A DNA stretch of 64,000 bases from Setoptus koraiensis (taxonomy: Eukaryota > Animalia > Arthropoda): NCBI GenBank assembly GCA_048013815.1, contig CM106586.1, positions 23,622,001-23,686,000 on the forward strand. Reading direction: 5' to 3'. Under the pieces are notes generated by a model, which made no database searches, had not been told where the DNA came from, and saw only the letters and a list, made by a program, of their open reading frames with translations. The stretch's first letter is position 1. Each line of letters starts with the position of its first letter. This document shows, in pieces, positions 15,004 through 25,950 of the stretch. The translations under genes were made by a program, and so were the position numbers.

Positions 15004-16594
15004 TCGCGCCGACCAAAATTTCGCGACAATGAAATTGTTCCATCAAGTTCACACAAGTTGTGTGTTGCAAGTTACATGTTCGCAATGATGAGCAAGCGCA
15101 CAGCTTGCCATCCATTGCTTGCAACCTTGCTTTTTGTACTCTACTGTATGTGTGTTGCCTGTGCGCACGAAAACACGCACACAGTGGAAGTAGAGTTAAA
15201 CAGAATGAGTGCGCACGGGGAGAGGAGGGGGGTGAATCTAGTACAGAGCAAGAGTTGCCGCATCACACACACACATACTGTGCCGTATTTAGCTGTCCTT
15301 GGCAAGCAATTCTTTTATTGTGCGTTTGTTTGTTTATCGAATAATACGCACGCTGTAGCTCATCCAAATCTAAAAATAACGACCACTCGAGAGATTCACA
15401 CAGACACACACACCAAATCTGCCATAATGCCATAATATTCCAGCGCCGGAGGTAGACTGACTGCTCGATGGGGTGACACTCACTAGCACAATACATTCTC
15501 ATCATTATCATATTATCATTATCATATAATAATTGCCATCGCCATTGCTATTGCCACCGCTGCTACTATTAGATGCAACCGACATTTTTATCGCCTTTGA
15601 GTTGATTTCTCAGACAGACACACATTAGGAGAGATAAGCACTATCAGTTACTGCAATTGTTACGCAGCTCTAACATGATGTCATGTATATTCTTCTCCTC
15701 ACAAGACGTTAACATTTTCCACTGAGCCCAACAGACCGAGCCAATACAGCCGCTGACAGAACATTCATACAATCATAGACAAAATTCCAAAGAATTCCGA
15801 GCTCGCTCCTAGCAACTGTGATGATGACGATATAATCCAGTCGGGCAACAAGTTGTTTTCACAAGTTTGAAGAACGCCTGGAACGTATCAAAAAGAAAGA
15901 GAGAGAGAAAAAAAAAATACACACACAAATATATAGATATATAACGCGCAACAAGTGGTTGCCATTAAGACGCCGCCACTCGCTCACTGCCTATCTGCCT
16001 GCTGCTGGCTCATCATCATCGATGGTGGTTAGACACTGTTGAACATTGGTGTGTTCCTACTTGTGTGAGTGTGCCATAAAAATGTTGCTCGCTAACTATT
16101 CACTAGGTGATCTCCTGTATGTAATGTGCCTTCGATTGGTGCAACCACAACACTTGCTATACAACAACTAGATACATAGGCTTGTTTCTGTTCTGTTGTA
16201 ATGCAAATGCTCATGCACAAAACTATACAAACTTCGATAATCACTTAGACTCAATGACTAATACAACTTACCTTGAATGATTCACTCGAGACACATACAG
16301 CAAGCTAGCGAGCGAAAGAGATTCACAATCAGACATCATGTCCTGAATCGACACAATACTACCAATCGAATCATGTGATACTCTTCTCGAATCTCTCTCT
16401 CTATAGTATCAATGCTATATTTTATTACCAACTGCAACAACAAATATTTATATATTCTCTCTTTTTTATCTTACTATTGTACGTTGTTTATTTTTTATCC
16501 CAACACGTATTATCGTCATATACAACAAACAAACCACACGTACAATTTACCCCGCTACAGATAGTCAATAATTATAGCACCCTGGATTTAAGCG

Positions 16595-19046
16595 ATGGAT
16601 AATAATCGACCGCTCAGTATTAGTTCCCTTTCATCATCATCATCTTCATGCTCATCTTTAACGAGGAATGGTAGCCTGGGATACGGGGACACAAAAAAAT
16701 CTTATTTAGCCTCTATTGAGAGCCTCAATGATGAAAGACTAGAGAGTGACGCTGATGACAATGATATAGACGATTCTGCCAATAATTCTAATCAATCTAA
16801 AAAAGATGGCAATACTTCTCAGATTAGAAGGACACTACACGGATCCCTGCGATATGATAGGCATGCCGCTCACCGTGTACATTGGCTAGCGAGCACAAGG
16901 TTCGGACAAAACAGATATGCCAATATTAGCCGGAACAACAGCTCTACAAGCTCGGATAGTGGACACCACGTGGCAAGAGAAAATTCTCTGACCAGTCTGG
17001 AAAGTTCTGCCAGTGGTATAAATCAAACAACCTCTATTATAGCCAGACAACAGCAACATCAACAGCAGCACGAAGAGCAAGCATTTACGAGAGATTCAAA
17101 CGATCACAGGCCCACATCTCAAGCTTTGCGGCATGTTGTCCCCACCCAGCTAGATTCCACCAAAACAAATCACAAACAGCCAAAGAAGACATCCAAGTTA
17201 CACCCGTCGCCATCATCTGCATCCTCTCGTTCTAATACATCATCATTGTTTCGCGATGATGGATTTGAAGATGATCATATTAGCACAACAAGTGATAGAC
17301 TTTCATGTGTTCTCTATACAAATGATGAAGATGAATATCAATCTTGTGAAGAAGACTTTGATGTCCACCATAATGATAAGAGACAAGAGAAACATGAAAC
17401 TAGAGCACAAACCTTCATTAAGCCTCTATCACCTAAATCTATACCAACATCTCAGATTTCTACAAATAATTCTAATAGTTGTGATATCACTACGGCGAAC
17501 AAAACCAAGACTAATCCTCAATCCTCACCCAGTCACTCCAAACTACATAAAAAGGAAGTAGTCAACATCATAAGTCAAGTACCTAAAAAGACACCGGGTT
17601 ATTGGGACCCTGATCTGAGTATAACACAACGAGTCATCACTGAAATTATTGAAACAGAGCGTACCTATGTTGAGGATCTCGAACAAATTGTTACCGGTTA
17701 TATATACCATTTGAAAAATATAATAACTGCCGACAGCAGTACAAATGTTGATGAGATACAAGAGTCTTGTGATACAACCTCTACGACACAAACAACAAAC
17801 ACCAGTAACACCTCTCCATCACTATCTATAAATGAAGAGAGAATTAAACAACTTTTCAGCAACCTAGAAGATATTTATAAATTCAACAACGATTTACTAT
17901 TTCACTTGGAAGGCTGCTACTCAGACCCTGGAGGTTTAGCCAAGTGTTTTGTGACCAAGGCACCAGGTTTCGATATATATACCAACTACTGTACTATGTA
18001 CCCACAGATAGTATCCACACTCACTGAATTGATGAGTAATCAAAAATCAGCGGAGATACTGAAAGATAGACAAACTGAGCTACGCCAAAGTCTTCCTCTC
18101 GGCTCATATTTATTGAAACCAGTGCAGCGTATACTAAAATATCATATACTATTTCAAAGTCTGATCAAATACACAGCCGATGACAAGACCATAGAAGATG
18201 TGGACCGATCTATGATCAAAGAAGCCTTCTCCGTTATGACAAACATAGCCTGCCATATAAATTCCATGAAGAAGCGCCATGAACACGCAGTTAGAGTTCA
18301 AGAAATCCAGAGCTTCCTCTATGGTTGGGCGGTAAGTAGCTATTCGAACTCATAATCAACATAATCATCAATCACTCGAATCTAGAGTAAAAGATATTAA
18401 TATTATACTTCTCTACCCCATTCTGACGTAGGGACCTGACCTCACAACTCTCGGAGAGTTGATCATGGAGGAGTCTTTCAAACTATACAATCGACCGAAG
18501 TCATCGCGACATTTAATACTATTCGACAATATTCTACTTGTGACAAAGAAGAAACGTGACGGATCTCTATGCTACAAGGGACATATAACGGTTAGTAGAC
18601 ACTACATAAGTTCTATTATCAGCTAACTATATTACGTTCTCACCATTATGTTCCATTAATCTGACAATTCTCTATCTCTTTCGGTGCAGTGCTCAAATCT
18701 GATGCTCATAGAGAGCATTGAAGGTCAGCCACTTGTGTTCAATACAGTTCCATTTGACAATCCTCGAACGGCTTTCACATTTCAAGCGAAGAACCTAGAC
18801 AGGAAACGCGATTGGTGCTTACAACTAAAGGAAGTGATAATAAAAAGTTACAAAAATCAGATACCGAATCACGTTCGCCAAATCCTGATGGATTTAACTC
18901 ACAAATCAGGGAGCATCAAAGACTGCAGTGATACAACGAGGAACCATAAGGCTCTTGCAGCACCAGATTATCTGGAAAAGCAGAGGCTCAAGCATGATAA
19001 AAGGCGAAGGAATAGTGAAGAGCCCAGCATTCGAAATCCTTCCTGA
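16595..19046 (+). CDS. Rho guanine-nucleotide exchange factor, DH-PH (PLEKHG1/2/3 family), ~750 aa, 3 exons
   Basis: Exons 16595-18331, 18432-18590, 18690-19046; GT-AG introns of 100 and 99 bp, both phase 0. DH motifs RVITEIIETERTYVEDL and LPLGSYLLKPVQRILKYHIL; joined PH domain GPDLTTLGELIMEESF...FQAKNLDRKRDWCLQLKEVI. Long S/N/D-rich N-terminus. Confidence 0.9.
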
Positions 19047-19254
19047 TATATTGTTGATAGTGAATTCTGTGAGGGGACGAGAGTGTCATGATAACAGAAA
19101 AGTTTTTATTGTTTAAATGCTATGGTCTAGGATAAGATTATCCTCCTATCTGAAACAATACTTACTTAACATTACAATAAACGACCACTAAAAATAAAAG
19201 AAATCTTTGATTCTCTTTATTTATTTAGATTATCAGAATTCCGAGGTTCAAACT

Positions 19255-19372
19255 CCTCATCAATCTCATTTACCTTTTGAACCCTGTCCACGCCCTTGAG
19301 ATTTGAGCGCCATCTGGCTCGCGGTTTTTGAGATATTCGAAAAAAAGATAGTTTGTAGTGGGACACCCTGTA
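19255..19372. mobile_element. Solo end of a related Tc1/mariner-type element
   Basis: Reverse complement reads TA-CAGGGTGTCCCACTACAAAC...AGATGGCGCTCAAAT: same terminal motif and same subterminal GGCG(C/T)TCAAA motif at ~60-70 bp as the 35881 MITE. Partner end not found; left boundary approximate. Confidence 0.6.
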
Positions 19373-19526
19373 AATAGTATGCTGATGTGTGGCAACCACG
19401 TGGTTTAGTTATTCTTATCCTAACGATTTATATATCACATTTATTCCAATCCGAATTAATTTTACAATAATTCGTTGTTCCGACTGGAGATAAGCAAATA
19501 TTCAGAAATAGTGTTGAATAACGAAT

Positions 19527-22388
19527 ATGTCACAAGTGAAAAATTATCTTCGTTACGTCCATGAAGCAACATTGGGAGTCGTAGCCGCATCAGGCGTGGG
19601 AGCCGCTATCAAATTTGTTAAATTGCACGATACCACTGATCGTTATGTTGCCACCCCAGCAAATGAAAACGTTTATATTTGGGATCTGAAGACAAAACAG
19701 CTTATGCGGAAGCTATGTTATGATCATGAGAATGCATCGGAGGTCACAACATTCGACTGTTACCACGGAGGCCGGGCAGGATACAATATCATAGCTGTGG
19801 GATACTCCAATGGAGTTGTTAGAATATTTAACTATGATACTGGCGAGTTGAAGACGACGTTTACTGGTCACAGATCTGCCATATCTTGTTTAGCGTTTGA
19901 CAAGGACGGCTCCAGATTGGCCTCAGGGGGCAAAGACTGTATGATCATAATATGGGATATAGTGGCCGATAGAGGGTTATTCTCTTTGAAAGGTCACAAG
20001 AATTCTGTGACAAAGATAGCTTTTCTTAAAGACGCTACTACACATAGAGACCTACTTATATCTAGCTCAGTAGATTCAGTATCAACTATAAAATTTTGGG
20101 ATCTCGAAGTACAGCATTGTTTTTGGACCATACCAGGGCAATCTAGCGGCGTGTGGAGCTTTGTTTTAGTTAAAGGTGGTACCCGTCTAATAAGTGGCTC
20201 TAACGATCCAGAACTGAAAGTCTGGTCTATCCAATTCTCAGACAGGACTCAAAGCTCGACACATGTAGACAGGCCTCTCATACAAGGTGATCATGATGGT
20301 ATAACAGACGATAATATTGAAGGACCAAACGACGAATATGGCGTTCACTTTGAAAGAATGGGATCCATATTGCGCAATTCGGATTCTGTGTCAGGTAGAG
20401 TTCAGGATATTCAAGTCGACTCTGGAGAAACTATCATGGCGTGCCACGAAGTAAACAAATACATTGAATTCTACGGTATTAGGGATGAAACAGAGACATT
20501 GAATTTTGCAAAAAAGAAGATAAAAAAAGAAAATCGTAAACGAGCCAAGAGAAACCTAGAAGGCGAAGAGATACAGAATGAAGATACAACAGATAATTTG
20601 ACAATTGAAACGATCACCCAACAGATTAGGTTAGACTGTGAAATTAACAAAAAATATAGCCTTGTTAGACTTGATAGTAAAGTCAAGGCTCTAGCAGTGG
20701 TTAGATGTAAAGAAAATAAGAGGCAGTATAAGGTTGCATGCATGATGTCCAATAACAAGATAGTTTACTTCAATTACAATCCAGAAGAAGAGGGTCCTGG
20801 CGATCTATGCTCAATTGACCATTTGAGCCATAGAACAGAAGTTAGGTCCCTGGCCATATCTCATGACAATCAGCTTATATTAAGTGCAAGTGGGGAGTCG
20901 GTCAAGATCTGGCGCCAGGTGACCGGTTCTTGTATTGCAACAATATCTACAGAGTATGCTACATGCTGCACATTCGCCTCTCCACAAAATAAATTTGCCG
21001 ATAGATACGCATTTTTAGCCACCAAAGCAGGAAATATCCAAATATTAGACGTATCTGCAGCCGAGGTTATAGAGACTATTAATGTTTGCGAAGATGGTAA
21101 GCCTTTGTGGTGTATTCAGCCCATGCCAGATGGAAGTGGCCTTGCTTCGGGTGGTGAAAATAATAAAGTAAACTTCTGGAGATTCGATTGGATTGATGCA
21201 ACTGGTGGTAAAGCCAAAGTTTTGACTTTGAGAGAATCAAGATCACTGCCCTTCAATGAGGGGATCTTGTGTCTCAGAATATCCGAGAACTGCAAGTTTC
21301 TCGCGACAGCTTTATTGGATAGTACTGTGAAAATACACTATATAGACTCGTTCAAATTCTTCCTATCACTTTACGGACACAAATTTCCTGTTCTCACAAT
21401 TGATATCTCGGACGATAATACAATGATCGCGACTGGATCGTCCGATAAAAACATTAAGATATGGGGGATGGACTTCGGAGATTGCCACAAATCCATATTC
21501 GCTCACGACGAAGCCGTAACATGCGTCAAATTTGTCCCAAAAACCCACTATCTATTCTCGTGCGGACGTGATAAAGCGATAAAACAATGGGACTGCGATC
21601 ATTTCTTAAAAATACAAACATTACGTAAACATCAAGCCGAAATCTGGTGCATGGACGTCAGTTCCAACGGTAAACAAATAATAACTGGATCTCACGACAA
21701 GTCCATAAGAATTTACGCAAAGACGGAAGAAATTCTGGTACCAGATGAAGAAGAAGAGGCAGAACGTGAGATGGAGGATGATAGGAATATTTTTGAAAGG
21801 CAGGAGAATATCATACCCGGTGAAGTGAGTTTGGAGGCTGGCTTTGCTCCCAAGATGACAGTTGAAACAGTGAAATCCACTGACCGATTAATTGAGGCGA
21901 TAGATGTGTTCAGTCAAGAACAAGATAAACATCGGATGTATGAACTATCTTGTGCAGCAGCGAGAGAAAAAAACGAGCCATTGCCAGTGAGATATGAGAC
22001 AGATCCACTTCTCAGATCAGCAAATACCGACGACTACAACAGATATATGCTAGAAATGCTCCGTCGAATACGTTCCAGTGAATTAGAGGAGATCTTGCTA
22101 ACTCTACCCTTCGAATACGTTCGAAAACTTCTAATCATTGTTGTCATATTTCTGGATAGAAGATGGGATATAGAGCTCATGGTTCGTTGTGCCTGCTTCT
22201 TGCTGCGTGTGAATTTCGGTCAAATCATGGCCTGCCCTCAGCTAGTTCCTGTAATCGACAGAATGAGATCTATAATAACCGAGAGAACTGTACAACTAAA
22301 GGACATAGTGGGGATGAATCTAGTGGCCTTAGACAACATAGATCATTTTAATGAATTGAACACTTCCCAGGATTCTGACGAGTTCTAA
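19527..22388 (+). CDS. WDR3: WD repeat-containing protein 3 (Utp12/Dip2, SSU processome), 953 aa, intronless
   Basis: N-terminal 'KNYLRY'; many WD40 repeats (LYGHKFPVLTIDIS, SDKNIKIWGMDFGDCHKSIFAHD); C-terminal Utp12-type region (IRSSELEEILLTLPF). Confidence 0.95.
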   Translation: MSQVKNYLRYVHEATLGVVAASGVGAAIKFVKLHDTTDRYVATPANENVYIWDLKTKQLMRKLCYDHENASEVTTFDCYHGGRAGYNIIAVGYSNGVVRIFNYDTGELKTTFTGHRSAISCLAFDKDGSRLASGGKDCMIIIWDIVADRGLFSLKGHKNSVTKIAFLKDATTHRDLLISSSVDSVSTIKFWDLEVQHCFWTIPGQSSGVWSFVLVKGGTRLISGSNDPELKVWSIQFSDRTQSSTHVDRPLIQGDHDGITDDNIEGPNDEYGVHFERMGSILRNSDSVSGRVQDIQVDSGETIMACHEVNKYIEFYGIRDETETLNFAKKKIKKENRKRAKRNLEGEEIQNEDTTDNLTIETITQQIRLDCEINKKYSLVRLDSKVKALAVVRCKENKRQYKVACMMSNNKIVYFNYNPEEEGPGDLCSIDHLSHRTEVRSLAISHDNQLILSASGESVKIWRQVTGSCIATISTEYATCCTFASPQNKFADRYAFLATKAGNIQILDVSAAEVIETINVCEDGKPLWCIQPMPDGSGLASGGENNKVNFWRFDWIDATGGKAKVLTLRESRSLPFNEGILCLRISENCKFLATALLDSTVKIHYIDSFKFFLSLYGHKFPVLTIDISDDNTMIATGSSDKNIKIWGMDFGDCHKSIFAHDEAVTCVKFVPKTHYLFSCGRDKAIKQWDCDHFLKIQTLRKHQAEIWCMDVSSNGKQIITGSHDKSIRIYAKTEEILVPDEEEEAEREMEDDRNIFERQENIIPGEVSLEAGFAPKMTVETVKSTDRLIEAIDVFSQEQDKHRMYELSCAAAREKNEPLPVRYETDPLLRSANTDDYNRYMLEMLRRIRSSELEEILLTLPFEYVRKLLIIVVIFLDRRWDIELMVRCACFLLRVNFGQIMACPQLVPVIDRMRSIITERTVQLKDIVGMNLVALDNIDHFNELNTSQDSDEF

Positions 22389-22474
22389 GGCTTAGGATAA
22401 AAAATAAATAATAACATTTCAGAGCTGCTTATAGTTTCTCAACACACATATGCAGTCGCCAATCTTTAAGCGTG

Positions 22475-23104
22475 TCACTGAGGGTACTCGCTGTCAAAAA
22501 TTGTCCTGACACCGGACCAAAATCTGTAGAACGGCCCGCATCTTCTTGCCAGATCAAACGCGGTATCTCCTGAATGATTTGCCAACTCATGCTGACAATC
22601 AGGATGGAATAGAAGCAATTGAATGGCATCTCGTGTTACTATTTTGCGTCCATTTGATGCAGCTAAATGTAATGGTGTATTACCACCGCTAGATTGAGAA
22701 TTGATATTAGCCCCACGCTGGAGTAAAAGCTCGATGATATTAACATTGCACCACTTTGATGCGGAATGAATTGGTTCCCAGCTATCCTCTGTTCTGGCAC
22801 AAATATCAGCCCCTGAGTCTAGGAGAAATCTCGCACATCCTAGATGATTATTGTATGAGGCTCTATGAAGTGCAGTGTAGCCGTCGTTATCTTTTGAGTG
22901 GACTAACGTAGGTTGCTTTGATATAAGATTCTTCAGAAGAGCTATGTCGCCAGATTCGGCGGCAGCCAAAGTTCTGTCGGCATCGGAAAAAATTCTTTCA
23001 CTGTCATGTTTCGTTGGGGTCGCGTTTGGATTTACACTAGACAAATCATCGTCACTATCCGAGTCTGAAGCATTAGAATTGTATTGTAGGGTAGGAGGAT
23101 CCAT
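22475..23104 (-). CDS. ANKRD49: Ankyrin repeat domain-containing protein 49-like, 209 aa, intronless
   Basis: Acidic N-terminus, then ankyrin repeats DGYTALHRASYNNH, WEPIHSASKW, GGNTPLHLAAS in the ANKRD49 pattern. Confidence 0.85.
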   Translation of the reverse strand: MDPPTLQYNSNASDSDSDDDLSSVNPNATPTKHDSERIFSDADRTLAAAESGDIALLKNLISKQPTLVHSKDNDGYTALHRASYNNHLGCARFLLDSGADICARTEDSWEPIHSASKWCNVNIIELLLQRGANINSQSSGGNTPLHLAASNGRKIVTRDAIQLLLFHPDCQHELANHSGDTAFDLARRCGPFYRFWSGVRTIFDSEYPQ

Positions 23105-23253
23105 CGAATATTATCCAATCTGAAGTGGTGTCGGCTCAAAAGTAAAATAACAACAAACAAACATGTGACAGCCTGTGACAAAATCTTACAAGCGGGCGCG
23201 CTTTTTGAACGGTCGACATCGCCGCCAAGCAAGAAACCTATCTCTTGAGCTTG

Positions 23254-23739
23254 TCAGAAGTCCGCCTTAAATGTCCTACGATCTATGGAATACTTATTGT
23301 TGGCCTGGCACTCGTAATTTCCGGCGTCCATCTGTCTAGCTGGATCAATTTCTAATTTTGATTTGACTTGGGTGTCATTGAATTTCAATTCAGCAACATG
23401 AACATGCGGATGGACCACAATCTCGTTGCCGTCCTTGAACCAGCTCATACGAGGCAGTGGATCTCCTTTAGCGATGCACAATAGTGTAATCTTGTATCCG
23501 AGATCATATTCATGTTCAAAGTGAGAAGACAAAATAATCTCGGCTCCGTTTGAGTTGTTGTAGTAATCCTTCTTTTTTGAGTTCTTGAAGAAGACATACT
23601 TGAGCGAGCTATCTTTGCGCAATTTTCGCCGCCGCATTTTGCTATTGGCTGCATCCGCCATCAAGAGATACGATATTATAGTGAGAGTGCAGATGGCAAG
23701 CAGGATCAGTTGGAAGTTTGGTCTATTGTTGACTGACAT
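23254..23739 (-). CDS. oig-4: Secreted single-Ig-domain protein, oig-4-like, 161 aa
   Basis: N-terminal hydrophobic signal segment; one I-set Ig domain (LLCIAKGDPLPRMSWFKDG...DAGNYECQANNKYSIDRRTFKADF) preceded by YYNNSNGAEIILSSHFEHEY. Family assignment is from recalled sequence pattern. Confidence 0.8.
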   Translation of the reverse strand: MSVNNRPNFQLILLAICTLTIISYLLMADAANSKMRRRKLRKDSSLKYVFFKNSKKKDYYNNSNGAEIILSSHFEHEYDLGYKITLLCIAKGDPLPRMSWFKDGNEIVVHPHVHVAELKFNDTQVKSKLEIDPARQMDAGNYECQANNKYSIDRRTFKADF

Positions 23740-25879
23740 TGCGGATATTCTGTTTTACTCACTATCATTACTAAATGGTTGGGTTATGTTGAATATATTC
23801 ATATCAAGATATCATTTCTCGGGTTTGGTCCGTGAAAGCTTGAGAACAACAAAAATAAATAACAATCTGATACACTGGTGTGATCGCAATATCCAGATCA
23901 TGCACACAATGACGAGGCCTGCGCACTGGCCCCATTCTATCGATCTGCCCGCCTGCCAATTGTGTACATTGCACAGCAACCCGACCTGTTACTACCGTTT
24001 GGCGGAGTTCATTCAGAGTTCCAACCGATGGGATAGTTAATTCGTTCTTTTCTTATTGAACTATAGTCAACGTCATCATCAAGTTTTGTTTTATGTGCTG
24101 TTATTCTCATGTTTATCAAAGCTATTTGTCGACCAGCGTCGCCGGACATTGGAACGAATGAGCCTCCAACTACTTTAATCACGAGGCAAACGCGCACATA
24201 AAACGAAAATCGGTTGGCAACCAGACCCAACAACTTGGTACAACTGGAAAGATTTATGCGACACTCATGCTGAAATATTTCAACTGAATGTTGAAAAAAA
24301 ATGCTATCAGAAATATCTCTCTCCTATGTGATGATATTGAGGTGAAATGTCCTCTTAACAAAATTGCAAGTACACGGTGTTTGGTGACTAGGCTAAAAAG
24401 TGCCAAGAGTTGCCGATGGGATTAAAATGATGTACTACGATATAGTATAGCATGGAACAATTAACGAGTTATAATCTCATCTTTCGCTGTTCCCTCCCTA
24501 CACCACCTGAGTACTCATATACAGAACTTATATATTGTAGATAGAATGTAAATTTAGATCTTTATCTATCATCTTATCTGTTTACCCTGTTGCTGCAGAT
24601 AAATCATGATATTGCCAATCAATTCACATGTGTGTTGGTGTAACAGACATTTATGGCGCCACATCAATACAAGCGCTGGGCAAACATCGGGTGAAACATG
24701 CGATAAATGCTACAATCTAGAGAGAGTGTCACAATTGGAATAGTTTCTGGTGATTTCTATTACTACCACTACTCTTGAAGATAGTGTTTTGAATTCTAGA
24801 GAGAGAGAGAGAGCGAGAGAGGGAGAAAGTGTGAAGAGTCACACATACAGAGACAGTCGGACAATTCGACGGAATGATGCAGACACACAATTTGTCAGCG
24901 TATGAGCAAATGGGAGATTAGATGAGCAAGTATCCCGGTTGCAAGATCGTTGGTGTACTTTGAATGTTTATTGATCGAGAGATAGTTGGAATTAAGGTCA
25001 CTCGATAGTTGTTGAGAAGAGAATGTGTCAGCCGAAAATGTCGTCGCTGTTGTTCTTGGACAAATTGAGAGAGTGAGAGAGGGAAAAGGAGACTCATTAG
25101 CGTCAACACGCGAAGCACGCACAAGAGAAGAACCGGTGGTTGAGAACGATAAAACAACAAGAGAGAAGGACAGACAATCAGGCGCCGAAGAAGCAGCATC
25201 GTTCGATCATCGAATGTTCTTTATTCTTGACTTTGACTCTGTTGATCCATTAACTCGTTATATTGACTTGTGGCTCGTCTACAAGCGAACCGAGAGAATT
25301 TGAATTTGACACTGCACACTGCTACTATAGTTCTTACCAACTAAATAGCTCATACACATAGCCTCTGGATATTGTTGGCAACAGCATTAACAACGACGAA
25401 AGCCTCCAACAACAGCGACAAGTAGCGAGGGCAAAAACTTTTCCGCAAGACACGTTCGCTTTAGCTGCATTCTCACTTGTTCAAAATCGTCAGAGTTTGC
25501 TAATGAGCAAACAACAGAATCCCTTTTTCTTTCTTCGCTACTCACAACTAACATAGACTATTGTGACTGTTATTGTTGTTGCTCAAATAGCGCTGCCCAT
25601 ACGCCATAATTTGTTTTTGTTGTTGTCGTTATGTTGCAATGCTGTAACACTGTGGCTCTATTCATAAGAGAGTGCTACCTTGGTAACAGCGCCAAATCCC
25701 ATTCCATTCCTTAGTTATTCTATTCTTTTCTATTTTATCCTGCTCCATTCCATTCAATTCTATTTGACGGATTTTAAAGAACAAACATCTTGTCACGTTC
25801 ACGAGTCATGGGTGCCGTGCGTGCCTCGGTTATCCCCTTTCTGTGTGTGTGTCGCCACTTGTCTCTGTCTCGTTTGATC

Positions 25880-25950
25880 CTCTTCTTCTTCGTCGTCTTC
25901 TTCTTCTTCATCATCATCTTCTTCTTCTTCGTCCTCTTCTTCTTCTACTT
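25880..25950. repeat. Degenerate (CTT)n microsatellite
   Basis: CTT/CGT/CAT triplet run. Confidence 0.85.
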
